The notes: generated by a model from the letters alone, not told the origin. Shown: positions 38,956 through 51,495, numbered from the stretch's first letter. The stretch: 64,000 bases of DNA from a virus (IMGVR_UViG_3300020020_000028:1-64000); one strand, 5' to 3'. Made by a program: numbers and translations.

Positions 38956-39387
38956 ATGTTTAGATCATCAAGCGAGTACAAGACGCACCTAGTATCTCTC
39001 GCGATCACACATCAGATTCGCGTGATGGAGGTTACAGATCTCCCTCCACACGAAGGCACAGCGACGCCAGACTTACGTTTGTTGATGCTACCTCAAATCA
39101 AGGATGAATGTTCCTTCGTAACGGCGCTGCATGAGTTCGGGCATCTTATCGCGCCTTATGGTAGTGGGATCTCTCTCGGTACGTTAGGCGACCATTGGGA
39201 TCCCGTACACATGCGTCAGTGTCTGGTCGAGGAGTATGCCGCGTGGGAGTGGGCCGAAGCTGAAACGAAACGTGCGGGCTTCGAGTGGACGCTGACGATG
39301 GAGCACGTGAAGATTCTTTCGTTGAAGTCTTACCAGGATCAGTTGAAGAGGGCGATCCTGATGCAACAGATGTCGGAGGTTGCGTGA
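38956..39387 (+). CDS. Small zincin (HExxH) metallopeptidase-like protein
   Basis: ALHEFGH...EEYAAWEWA. Confidence 0.6.
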   Translation: MFRSSSEYKTHLVSLAITHQIRVMEVTDLPPHEGTATPDLRLLMLPQIKDECSFVTALHEFGHLIAPYGSGISLGTLGDHWDPVHMRQCLVEEYAAWEWAEAETKRAGFEWTLTMEHVKILSLKSYQDQLKRAILMQQMSEVA

Positions 39388-40316
39388 AAACCTATATCGG
39401 TGATGGTGTGTACGTCGAGGTCAAAGACAATCGTTTGATCTTGACTACAGAGGATGGTGTTACAGTCACGAACACGATCTTTCTTGAGGTCGATGTCTGG
39501 TTGCAATTACGTCAGGTACTTGCACGACACAACGAGAGGCAGTGGGGGAGAGAATGATTATCCGTATGCGCTACGAGATCATCGGAGGCCACGTGCATTG
39601 CCGTCTCTTTACAGCGAAGGCAAAGAACATGACGTTCGTCAAGTGCGGCGACCTGACGTTTTCGCTTGATGAGTGGGAGTCCGTTCGTGATCAGTTAGAG
39701 ACGGCGATTGAGATCATACCGGAGGACCAGTGACATGAGATCACAATTTATCGTCAGCGCGGGACACGTCTGGGAAGTCGCGTACGCTACAGAGTTCGTG
39801 CGCCTGATACACATCGGATCGTTTGAAAATGCGCAGGAGTATGCGAAAAAAGTCGCTGATAAGGCGGTACGTGGGTTGAGTACTACGCTCGAAGACGCGA
39901 TGTTCGAGAGGGTCGTGACGTTGTGAAGAAACGCTGTGCGGTTATTCGCTTACTTCACGACGGATATCTGACTCGAAGTGGTAGTCCATCTAATCTCTAT
40001 GCCGCACCTCGTCTAGTCTTCCGGTACGAGGATGCGCAGACACTTCTCTCGCAGATGTGTTCGACGCGCGGACGCGATTATGGGAATCCTTGGTTCGGGG
40101 CCTCTATAGAAGTGCTCCCGAAACGCAAACGACACACTCCGCTTACAGAAGAGGAGTTCAAACAATTCCTTGCCGATCTCCGCACGCATCGTGCGCTCGG
40201 AGAGGCAGCGAAGTATGAGAGGATGGCAGAGGCAAAGATATCTGAAGCATCGTATGCCATGAAACAGGCAGCGGAATATCGTGCGAGAGCGAAACAGATA
40301 CAAGAGGAGTTGAAAC

Positions 40317-40949
40317 ATGGGACGTGAGATCCGACGGGTACCGCCAGGATGGGAACATCCGAGACAGAAGTGCGAGCACTCTCCGTGGATGGGGGGATGC
40401 GACGAAGCACGCGAGAGTGGAGGATACTGCTTCAAGCCCCTGCATAACAAGACGTGGGAAGAAGCGATGCGCGTCTACGAGGCGGAGAAAGCGAAGTGGG
40501 AGGCAGGAGACTTCCCGAGTTATACGAGTGAAGAGAGCCGTAAACTCTCGTACGAAGCGTACGATGGTCCTCCCCCGGATCCTGAATACTATCGTCCCGC
40601 GTACACTAGCGAACCCACGCACTATCAAGTGTACGAGACTGTGAGCGAGGGCACACCAGTCACACCTGTGTTCGCAACGGAAGAAGAGTTGATTACCTAT
40701 CTTGCAGAGAAAGGCACGTTCTGGGATCAGATACCGAGCACGTTCAGTGGGAAGCCAGCACGAGGAGGGTGGGGACGTGAGAACGCTGAGGCGTTTGTGC
40801 GAAGCAAGTGGATGCCGTCGATGGTGATGCAGGGTGGGAAGATTCTTGAGCCGAAAGATTATCTAAAGAAGGAGCTATCGAAGGAAGATCTCGATGCCCT
40901 ATCAGATTCGGTGATCGATTCGTTACCGGAACAATACGGAGGTGAGTAA
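40317..40949 (+). CDS. Conserved phage hypothetical protein
   Basis: MGREIRRVP..W.HP and YQVYETVSEGTP.TPVF motifs; GAGGAG RBS. Confidence 0.7.
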   Translation: MGREIRRVPPGWEHPRQKCEHSPWMGGCDEARESGGYCFKPLHNKTWEEAMRVYEAEKAKWEAGDFPSYTSEESRKLSYEAYDGPPPDPEYYRPAYTSEPTHYQVYETVSEGTPVTPVFATEEELITYLAEKGTFWDQIPSTFSGKPARGGWGRENAEAFVRSKWMPSMVMQGGKILEPKDYLKKELSKEDLDALSDSVIDSLPEQYGGE

Positions 40950-41975
40950 CAGTGAGAATCATGAAGCGTGCACGTAACCGCAAGCAGTTGACCTTCGGGT
41001 CATTGGCCGCGATACGACAGAAGATCGAGAGGCTGGCGCGAGAGCATGACTGCTCGATGTCATTCGTGGAGAACACACTGCTGGCGAGGCAACTCGGGAT
41101 CGACATCGGTGAGGCGTTTGACGATCACAATCTCCTTGGGAGGAAGAAATAATGGACAGTAAACCAGAGACAGCGGCCGAAGCACTTACACGATGGGACG
41201 CCGGAGAGATCGTGTGGACGGCAGAGATGGGCGGACTCGGGCCTGGATATGAACAGGTCATTCACATCATCGCATTTGAAGCGATTCGCGTACTGCTCAC
41301 GCTTGAGATCGCGTGGGAGGTGGAGCCCGAAGAGTGGAAGACGTTCTATAGAAATGTTCAGGACGAGGTTACGCCGAAGATTCAAAATCTTGGGTGTTCC
41401 GGGGCTCAATTTGGCGCGGCGATGAACCTCGCGTTTCGGGTAGTCAAGATCGGGTGGGCAAAAGCGCTTGACGAACTCCCGAAAGATCGTCTGATTCAAG
41501 TGTCGAAAAACTGGCCGCAAATGAAGGAGACGACGTGAGTCTGACTGCTCTCGAAGAAGTTCAACTAAAAATGATGCTCAAAGATAGAGAAGGATGCTTC
41601 GGTGGTCTATTCCTCATGTTGACAATCTTTGCGCTCATGTCACTTGTCGTCATAGGATTCATCAGATCGATACCACTCGAACGACGTGATGCGTCGGGGC
41701 AAACATATCTCTGTTGGGTGGTATCCGCAGAGTGGCCGTGGCAAGATCAACATCGAGAACTCGTCTGTGTTCCGGAACATCATCGGATCATTTTGAAAGA
41801 AGGAGACAAATGAAGGTGAAACTCTGTGAGGCGTGTAAGGATACTCACGAGTACGGACTCATCTTTTGTACAAGACAGCTAGGACATTCTGGAGTTCATC
41901 GAGCGACGATAGGTCCTGACTCTCCGGGTGTCGTCGTACTGTCTGTCTGGTCTTCCTCAGATAAGGATTCAGTCA

Positions 41976-42305
41976 ATGACCATAGCACATCTACTCGAAA
42001 GACTAGAACGTAAGCGAGACGCCATAGAGATGGCGATCACGGAGATCCGTGCCGAGATGTCCGGGAAGAAAACGCGAGCGAAGGCAGCGGCGATCATCGA
42101 GTCAGTGAAGCGAGGGCCGAAGAAGAAGAAACACTGGACGCAGACAGCCAAGGGTCGGCGCGTGAATGCCCTGCTGCGATCTGGTCCTCGTGAGAAATTG
42201 CACTGGACGCAGACTGAAGCCGGGAAGAAGAAGATGGCTATCGCGCAGAGACGCGCGTGGCGTGCGCGAAAGAAGGCGAACAGAGAGGCAAGTGTGATCA
42301 TATGA
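41976..42305 (+). CDS. Highly basic nucleic-acid-binding-like protein with duplicated HWTQT motif
   Basis: N-terminal coiled coil; KKHWTQTAKG and KLHWTQTEAG repeats. Confidence 0.55.
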   Translation: MTIAHLLERLERKRDAIEMAITEIRAEMSGKKTRAKAAAIIESVKRGPKKKKHWTQTAKGRRVNALLRSGPREKLHWTQTEAGKKKMAIAQRRAWRARKKANREASVII

Positions 42306-43032
42306 AGAAGATTGTACTCGTGCTACTCGTGAGTCTTGCAGGGTGTAGTCGCGAGTTGAAGGATGGTGAAAATGCCGGATCCGATTATCGCGAGCGGCTG
42401 CTCCTTGAACAAATTGCATTAGAGAAACAGACTGTCGCAAAATGTGAAGCGATGGGCGGATTGGTTATCTACGGAGATAGACGCACAGAGCATTTTACGA
42501 GATGGGAACCTGCGAAAAGTACTGATGTTACGTGGATACCGTTTCGAGCCTGTCAATTTCCACAAGGTAATGTGGTGATCACTCCGAAGGACATTGAAAA
42601 ATGACACGACAAATGAAAGACTACATCGCGTACGTGATCTTCTTTCTGGCGTTGATTGCCGGGTGGGTTCTCTACGCGCAGATGAATGGGAAGGCGCAGG
42701 TAGAGCGGCCTCCACTCCCACGGCAGTGGTCAGCAGCACGCATATCTGGCACAGATGATGATGCGTGGTTGAATGCTGTGCAAGTTGATGTCGTCGAGAC
42801 ATCAGGCGCGTGTATCTACGTCATACGCGCGAGGCAGCGAGAAGGCGATGCCGGTGTCTCCAGTCATTTTATCAACAAGAAGGATCTCGCGGCAGGGAAG
42901 GGTTGCTAAAATGGACCAGACACTGAAGACGATCATCGATGTTTTGATGACATGTCTCCTCGCGGCAATGGTCGCCTTTGCGTGGATGGGTGTCATCTCC
43001 ATAGGAGTGATGCTTTGGAGAAAGAGGAAGTC

Positions 43033-43287
43033 ATGAAACGCGTTTTCAAGTATGAGTTCGAAATCACGGATAACTTGGTTATCCCGATGCCCATCGGGGC
43101 ACAGATTTTACATGCGGATATCCAAGCGGGACATCCGTGCGTATGGGCACTCGTGGATCCGGAGCACGCACGCGAAGATCGAAGGTTTGCCGTCCACGGT
43201 ACCGGACACCCGGTGTTCGAGAACGAAGTTCACATCGCGACGTTTCAGCAGGGGCCGTTCGTGTGGCATCTCTTTGAGAGGAAGTGA
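43033..43287 (+). CDS. Conserved small phage protein
   Basis: RVFKY...MP.GA.IL...WALVD...GTGH...VWHLFE pattern. Confidence 0.7.
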   Translation: MKRVFKYEFEITDNLVIPMPIGAQILHADIQAGHPCVWALVDPEHAREDRRFAVHGTGHPVFENEVHIATFQQGPFVWHLFERK

Positions 43288-43623
43288 TGGCAAAAACATT
43301 CTGGCTTAGCTTCGTCGGAGACAAGGGTAATCTCGGATGTGCGATCATCGACGTAACCGATGAGGAAGCCTCTGCTGAGAAGATGTCGCTCGACAGTTTA
43401 TTTCCACAACATATGGAAGGCGCCGAGTGGATCGCGGCGGCACTTACGAAGGCACATCTGCTCGGATGTAATCCTGGCGGTGAAGTCGCGAGTTGGGACA
43501 TCACCGATGGACCATCGGATCGGATTGCTCGCTACGAAAAGAATCGATTGTATTCGAAAAGAGAGATCGAGATGATCGAACGAGAACCAGAAGGTACAGT
43601 GATAAAAGAGTTGAGGGAGTGGG

Positions 43624-44523
43624 ATGCCAAAGATCCGTTACATTGATAAAAAGATCGGCGGCAAACGACTCGCCACGATTCTCAAAGCGAACCAGATCAT
43701 TGCGGAGTACAACGCGCAGGGATTCCAACTGACGCTCCGGCAGTTATTCTACCAGTTTGTAAGCCGGGATATTATTCCGAACACGCAACGAGAATATACG
43801 CTGCTCGGTGCCACGATCAATGACGGTAGACTGTGTGGGCTCATCGATTGGAATGCGATTGTGGATCGTACGCGTGGTATTCGAAGTGTGGCGCACTGGA
43901 CGGATCCGACAGAGATCGTGGCAGACGTGGCCAATCAGTTTCGGATCGACAAGTGGGCGACGCAGAAGTTTCGTCCCGAAGTCTGGATTGAAAAAGATGC
44001 CGTGGCCGGAGTTGTGGAAGGCGTCTGCGAAGAACTCGATGTCCCGTATTTCTCATGTCGTGGCTACACGAGCCAGTCTGAGATGTGGGTAGGAGCACAG
44101 CGACTGAAGCGATACATGTCGGAACAGACGCCGCTCATTCTCCATTTTGGCGATCATGATCCGAGTGGCAAAGACATGTCTCGCGATATCTATGATCGCA
44201 TGGAATTGTTCATGGGCGGAGTGGAGTTCAATCGGCTGGCCTTGAACTGGGATCAGATCGAACGCTTCAATCCACCACCGAACCCGGCCAAGCTCACAGA
44301 CTCGCGTGCAAAGGCGTACATCGCGGAATTTGGGGATGATAGTTGGGAACTTGATGCCCTGGAGCCGTCGGTGATCGTGGAATTGATTCGCAGCACGATC
44401 CTCAGTGTGCGTGATGAAGATGCGTGGAGCGAGAAGGTTGAGGAAGAAGATCGGCATCGCGATCTGTTGCAGAAAACATCTGACCGGTGGGATGATGTGG
44501 TGGAACTCCTCGAAGCGGAATAA
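43624..44523 (+). CDS. Toprim-domain protein (Topo VI-A/Spo11/JetD-like nuclease)
   Basis: LTLRQLFYQ winged-helix with Tyr, VWIEKDA, FGDHDPSG (DxD), WELDAL. Confidence 0.8.
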   Translation: MPKIRYIDKKIGGKRLATILKANQIIAEYNAQGFQLTLRQLFYQFVSRDIIPNTQREYTLLGATINDGRLCGLIDWNAIVDRTRGIRSVAHWTDPTEIVADVANQFRIDKWATQKFRPEVWIEKDAVAGVVEGVCEELDVPYFSCRGYTSQSEMWVGAQRLKRYMSEQTPLILHFGDHDPSGKDMSRDIYDRMELFMGGVEFNRLALNWDQIERFNPPPNPAKLTDSRAKAYIAEFGDDSWELDALEPSVIVELIRSTILSVRDEDAWSEKVEEEDRHRDLLQKTSDRWDDVVELLEAE

Positions 44524-44589
44524 CGTGTCGCTTCTGCTATACACTATAGAAAAGTAGCTATTCTTAAAAAATCATGCTACACTGTCTGT

Positions 44590-45100
44590 GGTTGAGGGCA
44601 GCGGCGAAGAGAAGCCTCCAACAGTCGGATGCGCCCGGTGACGGTGGCCAATGCCGGGGTACAGAGCAGAGCCACGGTCAACGGCCCCTTGACTTGAATA
44701 TGGGGCCACTTCGTTGGGCAGACGGGGCTTTCGCTGGCAGTAACGCGGGTAGATAATCAGTCCGAGAACCGGGACGGGAAGTTGCCCGGTAAACGGTAGG
44801 TCCCGACACCCGCGGCCAGCATTTTTACAGGAGAGCGGAACGATGGGGAGCGCAAAAGGAAACGGAGCCGAAAGGCCGGGGAGTTGTACCACGCTGGATC
44901 ACGTGTATCCGAGAAGCAAGTTCGGTACCCGTTGCTACTGCGGTCAGAGGGTGTGGGGATCCAAGAAACCAGCCACGGGGCTCGTTTCGCCGGAAGCGTT
45001 CTTGGCAGGTAACGGGACCGAGACGCAGAAAACGGTAGACACGGCGACCGAACCTGCGGTAGACTTACCTCAGTCGAGTGGGACAACGGACATCAACATT
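44590..45100 (+). ncRNA. Candidate long structured non-coding RNA(s) or leader
   Basis: About 500 nt between a TG-C-TACACT -10 box (about 44575-44583) and the RBS at 45105; several long-range stems. Confidence 0.45.
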
Positions 45101-45121
45101 TCATCAGGAGCACAGACACAC

Positions 45122-45421
45122 ATGGCAATCACACTGAAGCTGAAGGGTCTTTCGAAGAGTGGCAAGTACGCGCTGTATTCGGGACTTCGCACCGTCGCAC
45201 GGCTCTCCGTCACGGACTTTCCGGACTCGAAGCCGGTGGACACCTTCACCGTCGAAGGGGACTTCGCTGGTCCTCGGGTACCGAAGGCGAAGCTGAGCAA
45301 GGAAGAGCGGGCGGAACTGCGCAAGAACGCGCCGAAGCCCACGCTGGCCGAGAAGGCTGCGAAGCTCGAAGCGAAGCTCGCCAAGCTGCGTGAGCAGGTT
45401 GCGGCCGAAGCGAACGCCTAA
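45122..45421 (+). CDS. Lys/Ala-rich small basic protein
   Basis: CAGGAG RBS before ATG 45122; strong codon bias; terminator follows. Confidence 0.75.
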   Translation: MAITLKLKGLSKSGKYALYSGLRTVARLSVTDFPDSKPVDTFTVEGDFAGPRVPKAKLSKEERAELRKNAPKPTLAEKAAKLEAKLAKLREQVAAEANA

Positions 45422-45460
45422 GACCTCTGGCCGGGTATACCGGCAGATGTTCTGAAGTAC

Positions 45461-45499
45461 GAGGCCCCAAGGAGTTATGACCCTTGGGGCCTTTTTTTT
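45461..45499 (+). terminator. Rho-independent terminator
   Basis: AGGCCCCAAGG/CCTTGGGGCCT stem followed by a T-run. Confidence 0.85.
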
Positions 45500-45509
45500 G
45501 TGCGGAGAG

Positions 45510-45538
45510 TAGACATTCTTTTGAAGGTGTGCTACACT
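45510..45538 (+). promoter_or_regulatory. Promoter, leaderless start at ATG 45545
   Basis: TAGACA-N17-TACACT-N6-ATG. Confidence 0.75.
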
Positions 45539-48500
45539 TGTCTCATGATTAACGGATACCCCAAAGGCACCATCGTTCGCGTCCGCATCACGGCATCAGG
45601 TCTACGTCGAAGCTACCCCGCCGCGAATTGGCTGACTGGTGAACGCTCCGTCACGCTGCTCGAAGATGCCCCCGGAGAAGGGACTCTCGATGTTCTCGAC
45701 GTGTCCACGGTCATCAACGGCGAGCGGGTTACCGAGAGCATCTACGATTTCAACATCATCGGGCGGGATCCTCTGTTCACTGGTCCTCACGCCTGAAGGA
45801 GCCTCACAATGAAACGCGAACTTTACGTCATCGGGACCAAGGCCACGGAAGGCGACATCGAACGCCTGTACTACGCTGAAGGCTTCGGTGTGGCTCCTCA
45901 GTGGACGTACCGGGGTTCAGCCAATCAGTACACGAACAAGCGTGAGGCCATCAAAGAGGCGAAGACGCTCGCATCTCCCGGTCGCCCGGTGTTCGTCGAG
46001 AAGTATCACAATCCTTTCGGCCAGGATCTGACGGTTTGGTCATCGGAGGGCAAGTGAGCCATCAACAGATTGCCAAACTCGAACGTCAGCTTGCGAAGCT
46101 GACGTCACTTCCGAAGAAGACAGTGAAGGCTGCGGCGAAGCCAGTCGCCAAACCGTCGAGCACGGTGGATCTCGCGCAGATCGAACGGTTGAAGGTCATC
46201 CGAGATCGCAATCGTGCAGCGATGGAAGTCGAACGGGCTGCGGCGGAAAAAGCGAGACAAGAGAGGGCCGGGGCAAAACTTCATGCACTGGTTGTCGAGA
46301 TTAATGATCTAGAACGAGAACTGATAGACGTTCAAGAGAGGATGAAACAGTGACAGCCACGGACACGCGGAAACTCCAGATCGGTGATAAAGTGTACTGC
46401 ACGGTGTTCGCTGTCCGTGGGTGGTACAGTGTCACTGCCATCCGTGAGCGAGACGGCTACATCAAGATCGACGGATTCAACACGTGGAATCCGCCGCACA
46501 ACTTCAATCTGACGGGAGATCAACGTGTTTGATCCACAAGATACAGCCGTTCGGTATAGCTGGTCGCAGCCGATCTGCGGGTTGTGCTATCGGAAAGCAG
46601 AACCGGGTCGCGAACCGTTCGCGATGAAAAATAGTTCGCCAGAAAAGTGCTGTGCCTGTGGTATAATCACGAGTGAAGGGATTTACTACCGCATCAATCC
46701 AGCATCGGTAGCGTTTCCGACGAGGCTGAAAACATGACACTCAAGCAGATGTATCCTGCGGGTAAGCTCCCGGCGAAGTTCTCACGCTGCGTGCAACCTT
46801 CTCTGCCGGGTATCTGTCCGGACTGCGGCGGCGAAACATTCATCGACACCGATTGCGAGGTCATCGTCCAAGGCAACGATGAGCGAGAACTCGAACGTCG
46901 GTCTGCGAAAGTTGTCTTCTGCTCTGGCTGTGAGTACGCGAAGGAGATCGAATGAACAAGCGACGACGGTTCAAGGCCAAGCGTGCGAGGTACATTGCGA
47001 AGATCTACCGGATCATCGCAGAAGCTGACACTTACGAGCGATGGATCATCAACAGAGGCACGTGGAAACCGAAGTTGCGACGGATGGGACTGACGTTATG
47101 AGGATCGTGACAACGATGGGGTACGTCTATCGGCTCAGCGAACGCCGGTACCGACAGTTGCTACGCGCAATCATGAATGAGGAAGAGTTTGATCTCGACG
47201 TGCTTGGCACGAGGTTGGCCGATCAGTATAATAACATCACCGATGTCACGGCAGAAGAGGCCGCTGACGAGTTGAAAGATCTGCGCGACGAAAACCGCGA
47301 GGCAAGAAGGCACAAAATATGATTGGTAAACGCGTGGCGATCAAACCACACAGCGATAGCGATCCGGTTCGTTACGGGCTGTTCGTCGGGTTGCTCTCGA
47401 ATTACACTGGCTGTGATCGATGCGACAGCGATGGTTATTCCGTTGTTGTGCAACTCGATGGTCATGGTATGATACTCAAGACGTTTCATCCATCGTACGT
47501 CACGCTCATCGACGAAAGGGACCGATGACACTCGCAGAACGCTACGCCATCGGCACGAAGATCGGCGCGGACGAAGGGCTCGTGCTAGGTATCTACTTCG
47601 GAGGATGCCAATCGTGTAAACAATCATCGTGGTTCACGACGCGTGCGGTGGCTGATGGCACGCACGATGCGGAGATTGAAGTGTGCAACACGTGTCTGAC
47701 GGTGAAGAAGTATGCGGGGTTGAACTGATGCCTATCGGGAGTTATAGACCCCCGTGGTGTAAGTTCGGACACGGTTACTGCGCACATGTAGCGTGTATCG
47801 GACCATTACTACCTCATGAAATGGAGATAGACGAGATGAGTGTCACGTGTCTGAAGAACGGTGGACAATGCACACACGTCACGTGCACGGCGTATCATAT
47901 GAATGATGCGACGATGTTGAAAGGTTGGTCCGTGTGTGCAACGTGCGGACACGGAGAAGAAGTTCACGAGATGGGTGAGTATCGTGGTGATAAACCGAGA
48001 TCGTGCATGGCTATGGCGCAAGGCACAGATACACTTGATAATATCAAGTGCAAGTGCAAAAAGTTCGTCAAACAGGAGCAGCGAGTGAATCTACATCTGA
48101 ACGTCTACAAGGCGACCTTCGAGTACGTGAAACGCGAAGCCGGTTCCGATACCTATCGACTCGCGGATGTCGATCCTGAAGAGACGTTAATCGCCGCGCC
48201 CGACTTCGGCGCCGCGTGTTCGCTGGCCGAAGAAGTTGCGAAAGAAACCCTCAAGAATAGACGCTTCACGCACCTCACAGAGATTCGTGTGCGAGATATC
48301 GTGCTCCTTCATGCGGGAGTGAGACTCTACTCCGAGAAGCGAATCGATGCCACGGATCACAAGGGCATAGGGACATTGCCTCGTTCTGGTGACTGAAGGA
48401 GAACAGATGGATTGCTACGTATGCGGCGATAGTGAAGCGGCTGAAATGACGACCGGGCGTGAGACACTCGCTCTGTGCGATAGGTGTCGGCCTCCAGTAG

Positions 48501-48749
48501 TCACATTCTTTCACGTATACGGGAGCTTGAAAATCGCTGCCGATGAAATCCGGAAAGCGAAACTCGGGGGCTTAAAGTGAACTGGTATGATGTGACGCTG
48601 ACGCGAGGAGGGCAGATTATCAACCGTGGTTGGCAACTGGCCATGACCGAGAAAGATCTCATCGAGCAAGCTCGCAAGAACGGGTTCAATATCGACATTC
48701 GTCTCATTGGGAGCGCACTCCCGCAATTTCAGACGCAAGAGATCCTTCA

Positions 48750-49370
48750 ATGACGTGGTTTACCTCTGATACCCACTTCGGACACGCGGCGATTCTAACG
48801 CATGGTCGCTACATCTTTGACAGTGTCGAAAATATGGATGCTGTGTTGATCAAGAATTGGAATGACCGCGTCGGCCTCCGCGATGATATCTATCATCTCG
48901 GGGACTTCAACTTCCGTTCGACGCGCACGACAGCGGAGTATCTTGGTGAATTGCGCGGACGGATTCATCTTATCGAAGGCAATCATGATCCGAAGTACGC
49001 ACTAAGATACCGTCAACTCTTTGCGAGCGTACAGCCAGTCAAGTATCTGAAGCTCGATGGAAAGCGCATCACGCTCTATCACTACGCACAACGTGTGTGG
49101 AGGGGTTCCAATCTCGGATCCTGGCACCTCTATGGACATAGCCACGGAGGGATCCCGGATCTCGGACGTTCGATGGACGTGGGTGTCGATGCACAGAGCT
49201 TTGCGCCCATCGAGTTCGCACAGGTGCGAGAGGCATTGAAGGACAGGCCGTTTACGTATCATCATCCGGACATGGAAATCGAGTGCGTGTGTGATGGTGG
49301 TCCGCAAGGTGAGGGCCTTGTGTCGATCCCTCATGCAGTGCATTGTCCGATGAGTAAGGAAGAGAGATAA
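48750..49370 (+). CDS. Calcineurin-like metallophosphoesterase
   Basis: SDTHFGH, LGDF, GNHD, HY and YGHSH motifs; start reassigned to ATG 48750. Confidence 0.9.
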   Translation: MTWFTSDTHFGHAAILTHGRYIFDSVENMDAVLIKNWNDRVGLRDDIYHLGDFNFRSTRTTAEYLGELRGRIHLIEGNHDPKYALRYRQLFASVQPVKYLKLDGKRITLYHYAQRVWRGSNLGSWHLYGHSHGGIPDLGRSMDVGVDAQSFAPIEFAQVREALKDRPFTYHHPDMEIECVCDGGPQGEGLVSIPHAVHCPMSKEER

Positions 49371-50531
49371 TGTTCGCCGTCCAAGATAAGCAGTGCGCCA
49401 CATGCATCTATCGAAAGAATTCACCTCTCGATCTGAAGGTGTTAGAGGCGCAAATTGCTGATCCGAAGATGGAAGGCTTTTTCATCGGCTATCGGATCTG
49501 CCATCATTCGAAAACCGCATGTTGCCGGGGATTCTGGAATCGACATAAAGATAAGTTCACGATGGGTCAGATCGCGCAGCGACTGGGGCTCGTGAAATTC
49601 GTGAAGGACGACGTTCATGCCAAAATCTGATAAGTGCGCCTGTGGGATTCGTATCAAGGCACATGCGCGGAAATCTCGTCGGAGGCAACTGCCGCACACT
49701 GGCCTCAAGACGGATCGGTTGGGCTATCCCCGGCCTCGGGCTGGAGCCCGGATCCGAAAGGAGGCTCTTCGGTTATTGAAGTTAGCTGAGGAAATATTTA
49801 AGGAATCAAAAGACTAGACAAGGCTTTTAACTTCTGTTAGAGTCTGGTGTCCATGAGCACTGAGCACCTTCGGATTGCCCTTGGACTGAAGCCACAGACG
49901 CCTTCGGGATGGGCTTTTTGGTTATTTTACTGGTCGCCATTTGCAAGGATGTGGAGACGTGCGACGGAGATCTGTAGACGATGGCCGTTCGCTGTTCGAC
50001 GGAGTAGACGATGAATCCGATAGTGGCAGTAGCAGCGATAGTCCTGATATCAGCCGTCGGGGCCTATCTGTTGGGACGGCGCTAAACTGGCACGAGGTTC
50101 CGCAAGCTCTCTACCTCTCATGGTCCCCGGCACGGCAATACGCATACTGCGCTGAGCGGGATCTGAGGGCCTCGATAGAGTTCGCGACATCTCCTGAGGA
50201 AGAAAAGTGGTTCTACGACCGAGCCGTCAGTTACAAGAGGATGATGGGAGCATCGATTGTAAACGTTGTAACAACTCCGGCTTCGTAGCCTACTGGGATG
50301 GTAGCGCATTGGCTGGAGAAGGATGTCCGGACTGTACAGGTAATGCGATGACGACGTACGAGGAACTGGAACAAGAGGCATTGAACGATCCTATCCTCCA
50401 TAGGTTTCTCACGCACTATCGTCGTGGTGATTGCTCGAAGGAAGAGGCGCTGATTGCAGCCTGTATCTGGCTCTCACGCGCAAGACGAAAGTTACTCAAA
50501 GAAGAAGCCGATAGAATTGCGAGACAGCCAC

Positions 50532-51050
50532 ATGGTTGAAAACACTGTAGAAGAATACGACAAGCAATCGTGGGGTCGAGGTTTGTGGGATCACGAACCA
50601 GATCGTGTCGAAGGTGAACATGCGGGATTCCCGACACTCGCTCGTCGTGGTCCGATGGGTTCGTGGTGCGGCTACGTGGCTGTGCCTCCGGGGCACTACG
50701 ATCACGGGATCTACTACGGAGAGGTCGATGGCGATCTCGATGTCCACGGGGGTCTGACGTATTCAGGCTTGTGTCATGGTGCGATCTGCCATGTCCCGAA
50801 GCCCGGTGAACCCGATAACGTCTGGTGGTTTGGGTTTGACTGCGGGCACTATCGTGACATCACGCCGGGGATGATGAAGTATCATTTCGGATCTGACGAG
50901 TATTCCACGTACAAGGATCTATCGTACGTGCAGGAAGAGATCAAGAAGCTCGCAGAGCAACTCGCAGAGCGAGCGAAGTGGGTGCGCGTCGATGTACATG
51001 CGCTCGCTCAGCGGTTGAAGGAAAAATGGACACGGGTCGCTGTCGAGTAG
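50532..51050 (+). CDS. Conserved phage hypothetical protein
   Basis: WCGYV.VP.GH, VHGGLTYS and WWFGFDCGH motifs; 3' end overlaps the first Y-like unit. Confidence 0.75.
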   Translation: MVENTVEEYDKQSWGRGLWDHEPDRVEGEHAGFPTLARRGPMGSWCGYVAVPPGHYDHGIYYGEVDGDLDVHGGLTYSGLCHGAICHVPKPGEPDNVWWFGFDCGHYRDITPGMMKYHFGSDEYSTYKDLSYVQEEIKKLAEQLAERAKWVRVDVHALAQRLKEKWTRVAVE

Positions 51051-51163
51051 GTTATCATTGCCAATGAGGAGGTCGCGGGTTCGAATCCCGTCACATGCCG
51101 TAACAGGATGTGTAGCTCAGTGGTAGAGCGCTTAAACACCTACTTACGCTCTTTATCCGTGTT
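51029..51163 (+). ncRNA. Y-RNA-like unit 1: YrlA-type permuted tRNA body plus Gly(GCC) anticodon hairpin
   Basis: Outer stem GACACGG/CCGTGTT; TCA-TTGCCAA-TGA; T-arm, closed acceptor CACAT/ATGTG, then D-arm. Confidence 0.8.
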
Positions 51164-51331
51164 ATGTTCGAAACTCTGTGTTGCCGTTGCTGCGTGAGCA
51201 TGTAAGAGACACGGATAGGGACCGCGTCACGGGCGGTTCCGATTTTATGACGTTGCAAGCCGTGATTACCCTGAGTCGCGCAAATCGTGAGGTTTGCTGG
51301 GTCTGTGGCCTATCGGCTTGGCGTCTCCAGT

Positions 51332-51473
51332 AAGACGTGGGTCGCTGTATTACGGTTCTCCTATGGGTCGCGGGTTCAAATCCCGTCATCGCGACGCCTA
51401 ACAAGCTATGCGATGTAGCTCAGTTGGTTAGAGCAATAGATAAAAGTCCGTAAGCACCTCTTATCCGCGTCTT
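51332..51473 (+). ncRNA. Y-RNA-like unit 2: YrlA-type permuted tRNA body
   Basis: Outer stem AAGACGTGG/CCGCGTCTT; T-arm (GTTCAAATC), closed acceptor CATCGC/GCGATG, then D-arm TAGCTCAGTTGGTTAGAGC. Confidence 0.8.
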
Positions 51474-51495
51474 TGTTCTTTGACAACTTAAATCA

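Larger units (their letters stand above)
29794..50540 (+). other. Early/accessory region: dozens of short, tightly packed hypothetical genes
   Basis: Continuous plus-strand ORFs of about 30-240 aa joined by ATGA/GTGA overlaps with GGAG-type RBSs; many carry CxxC pairs. Confidence 0.8.

Noticed and set aside
44843-45121. N-terminal 93-aa extension of the basic protein
   Set aside because: A better RBS and codon bias begin at ATG 45122, and the upstream part forms long RNA stems. Not fully excluded.
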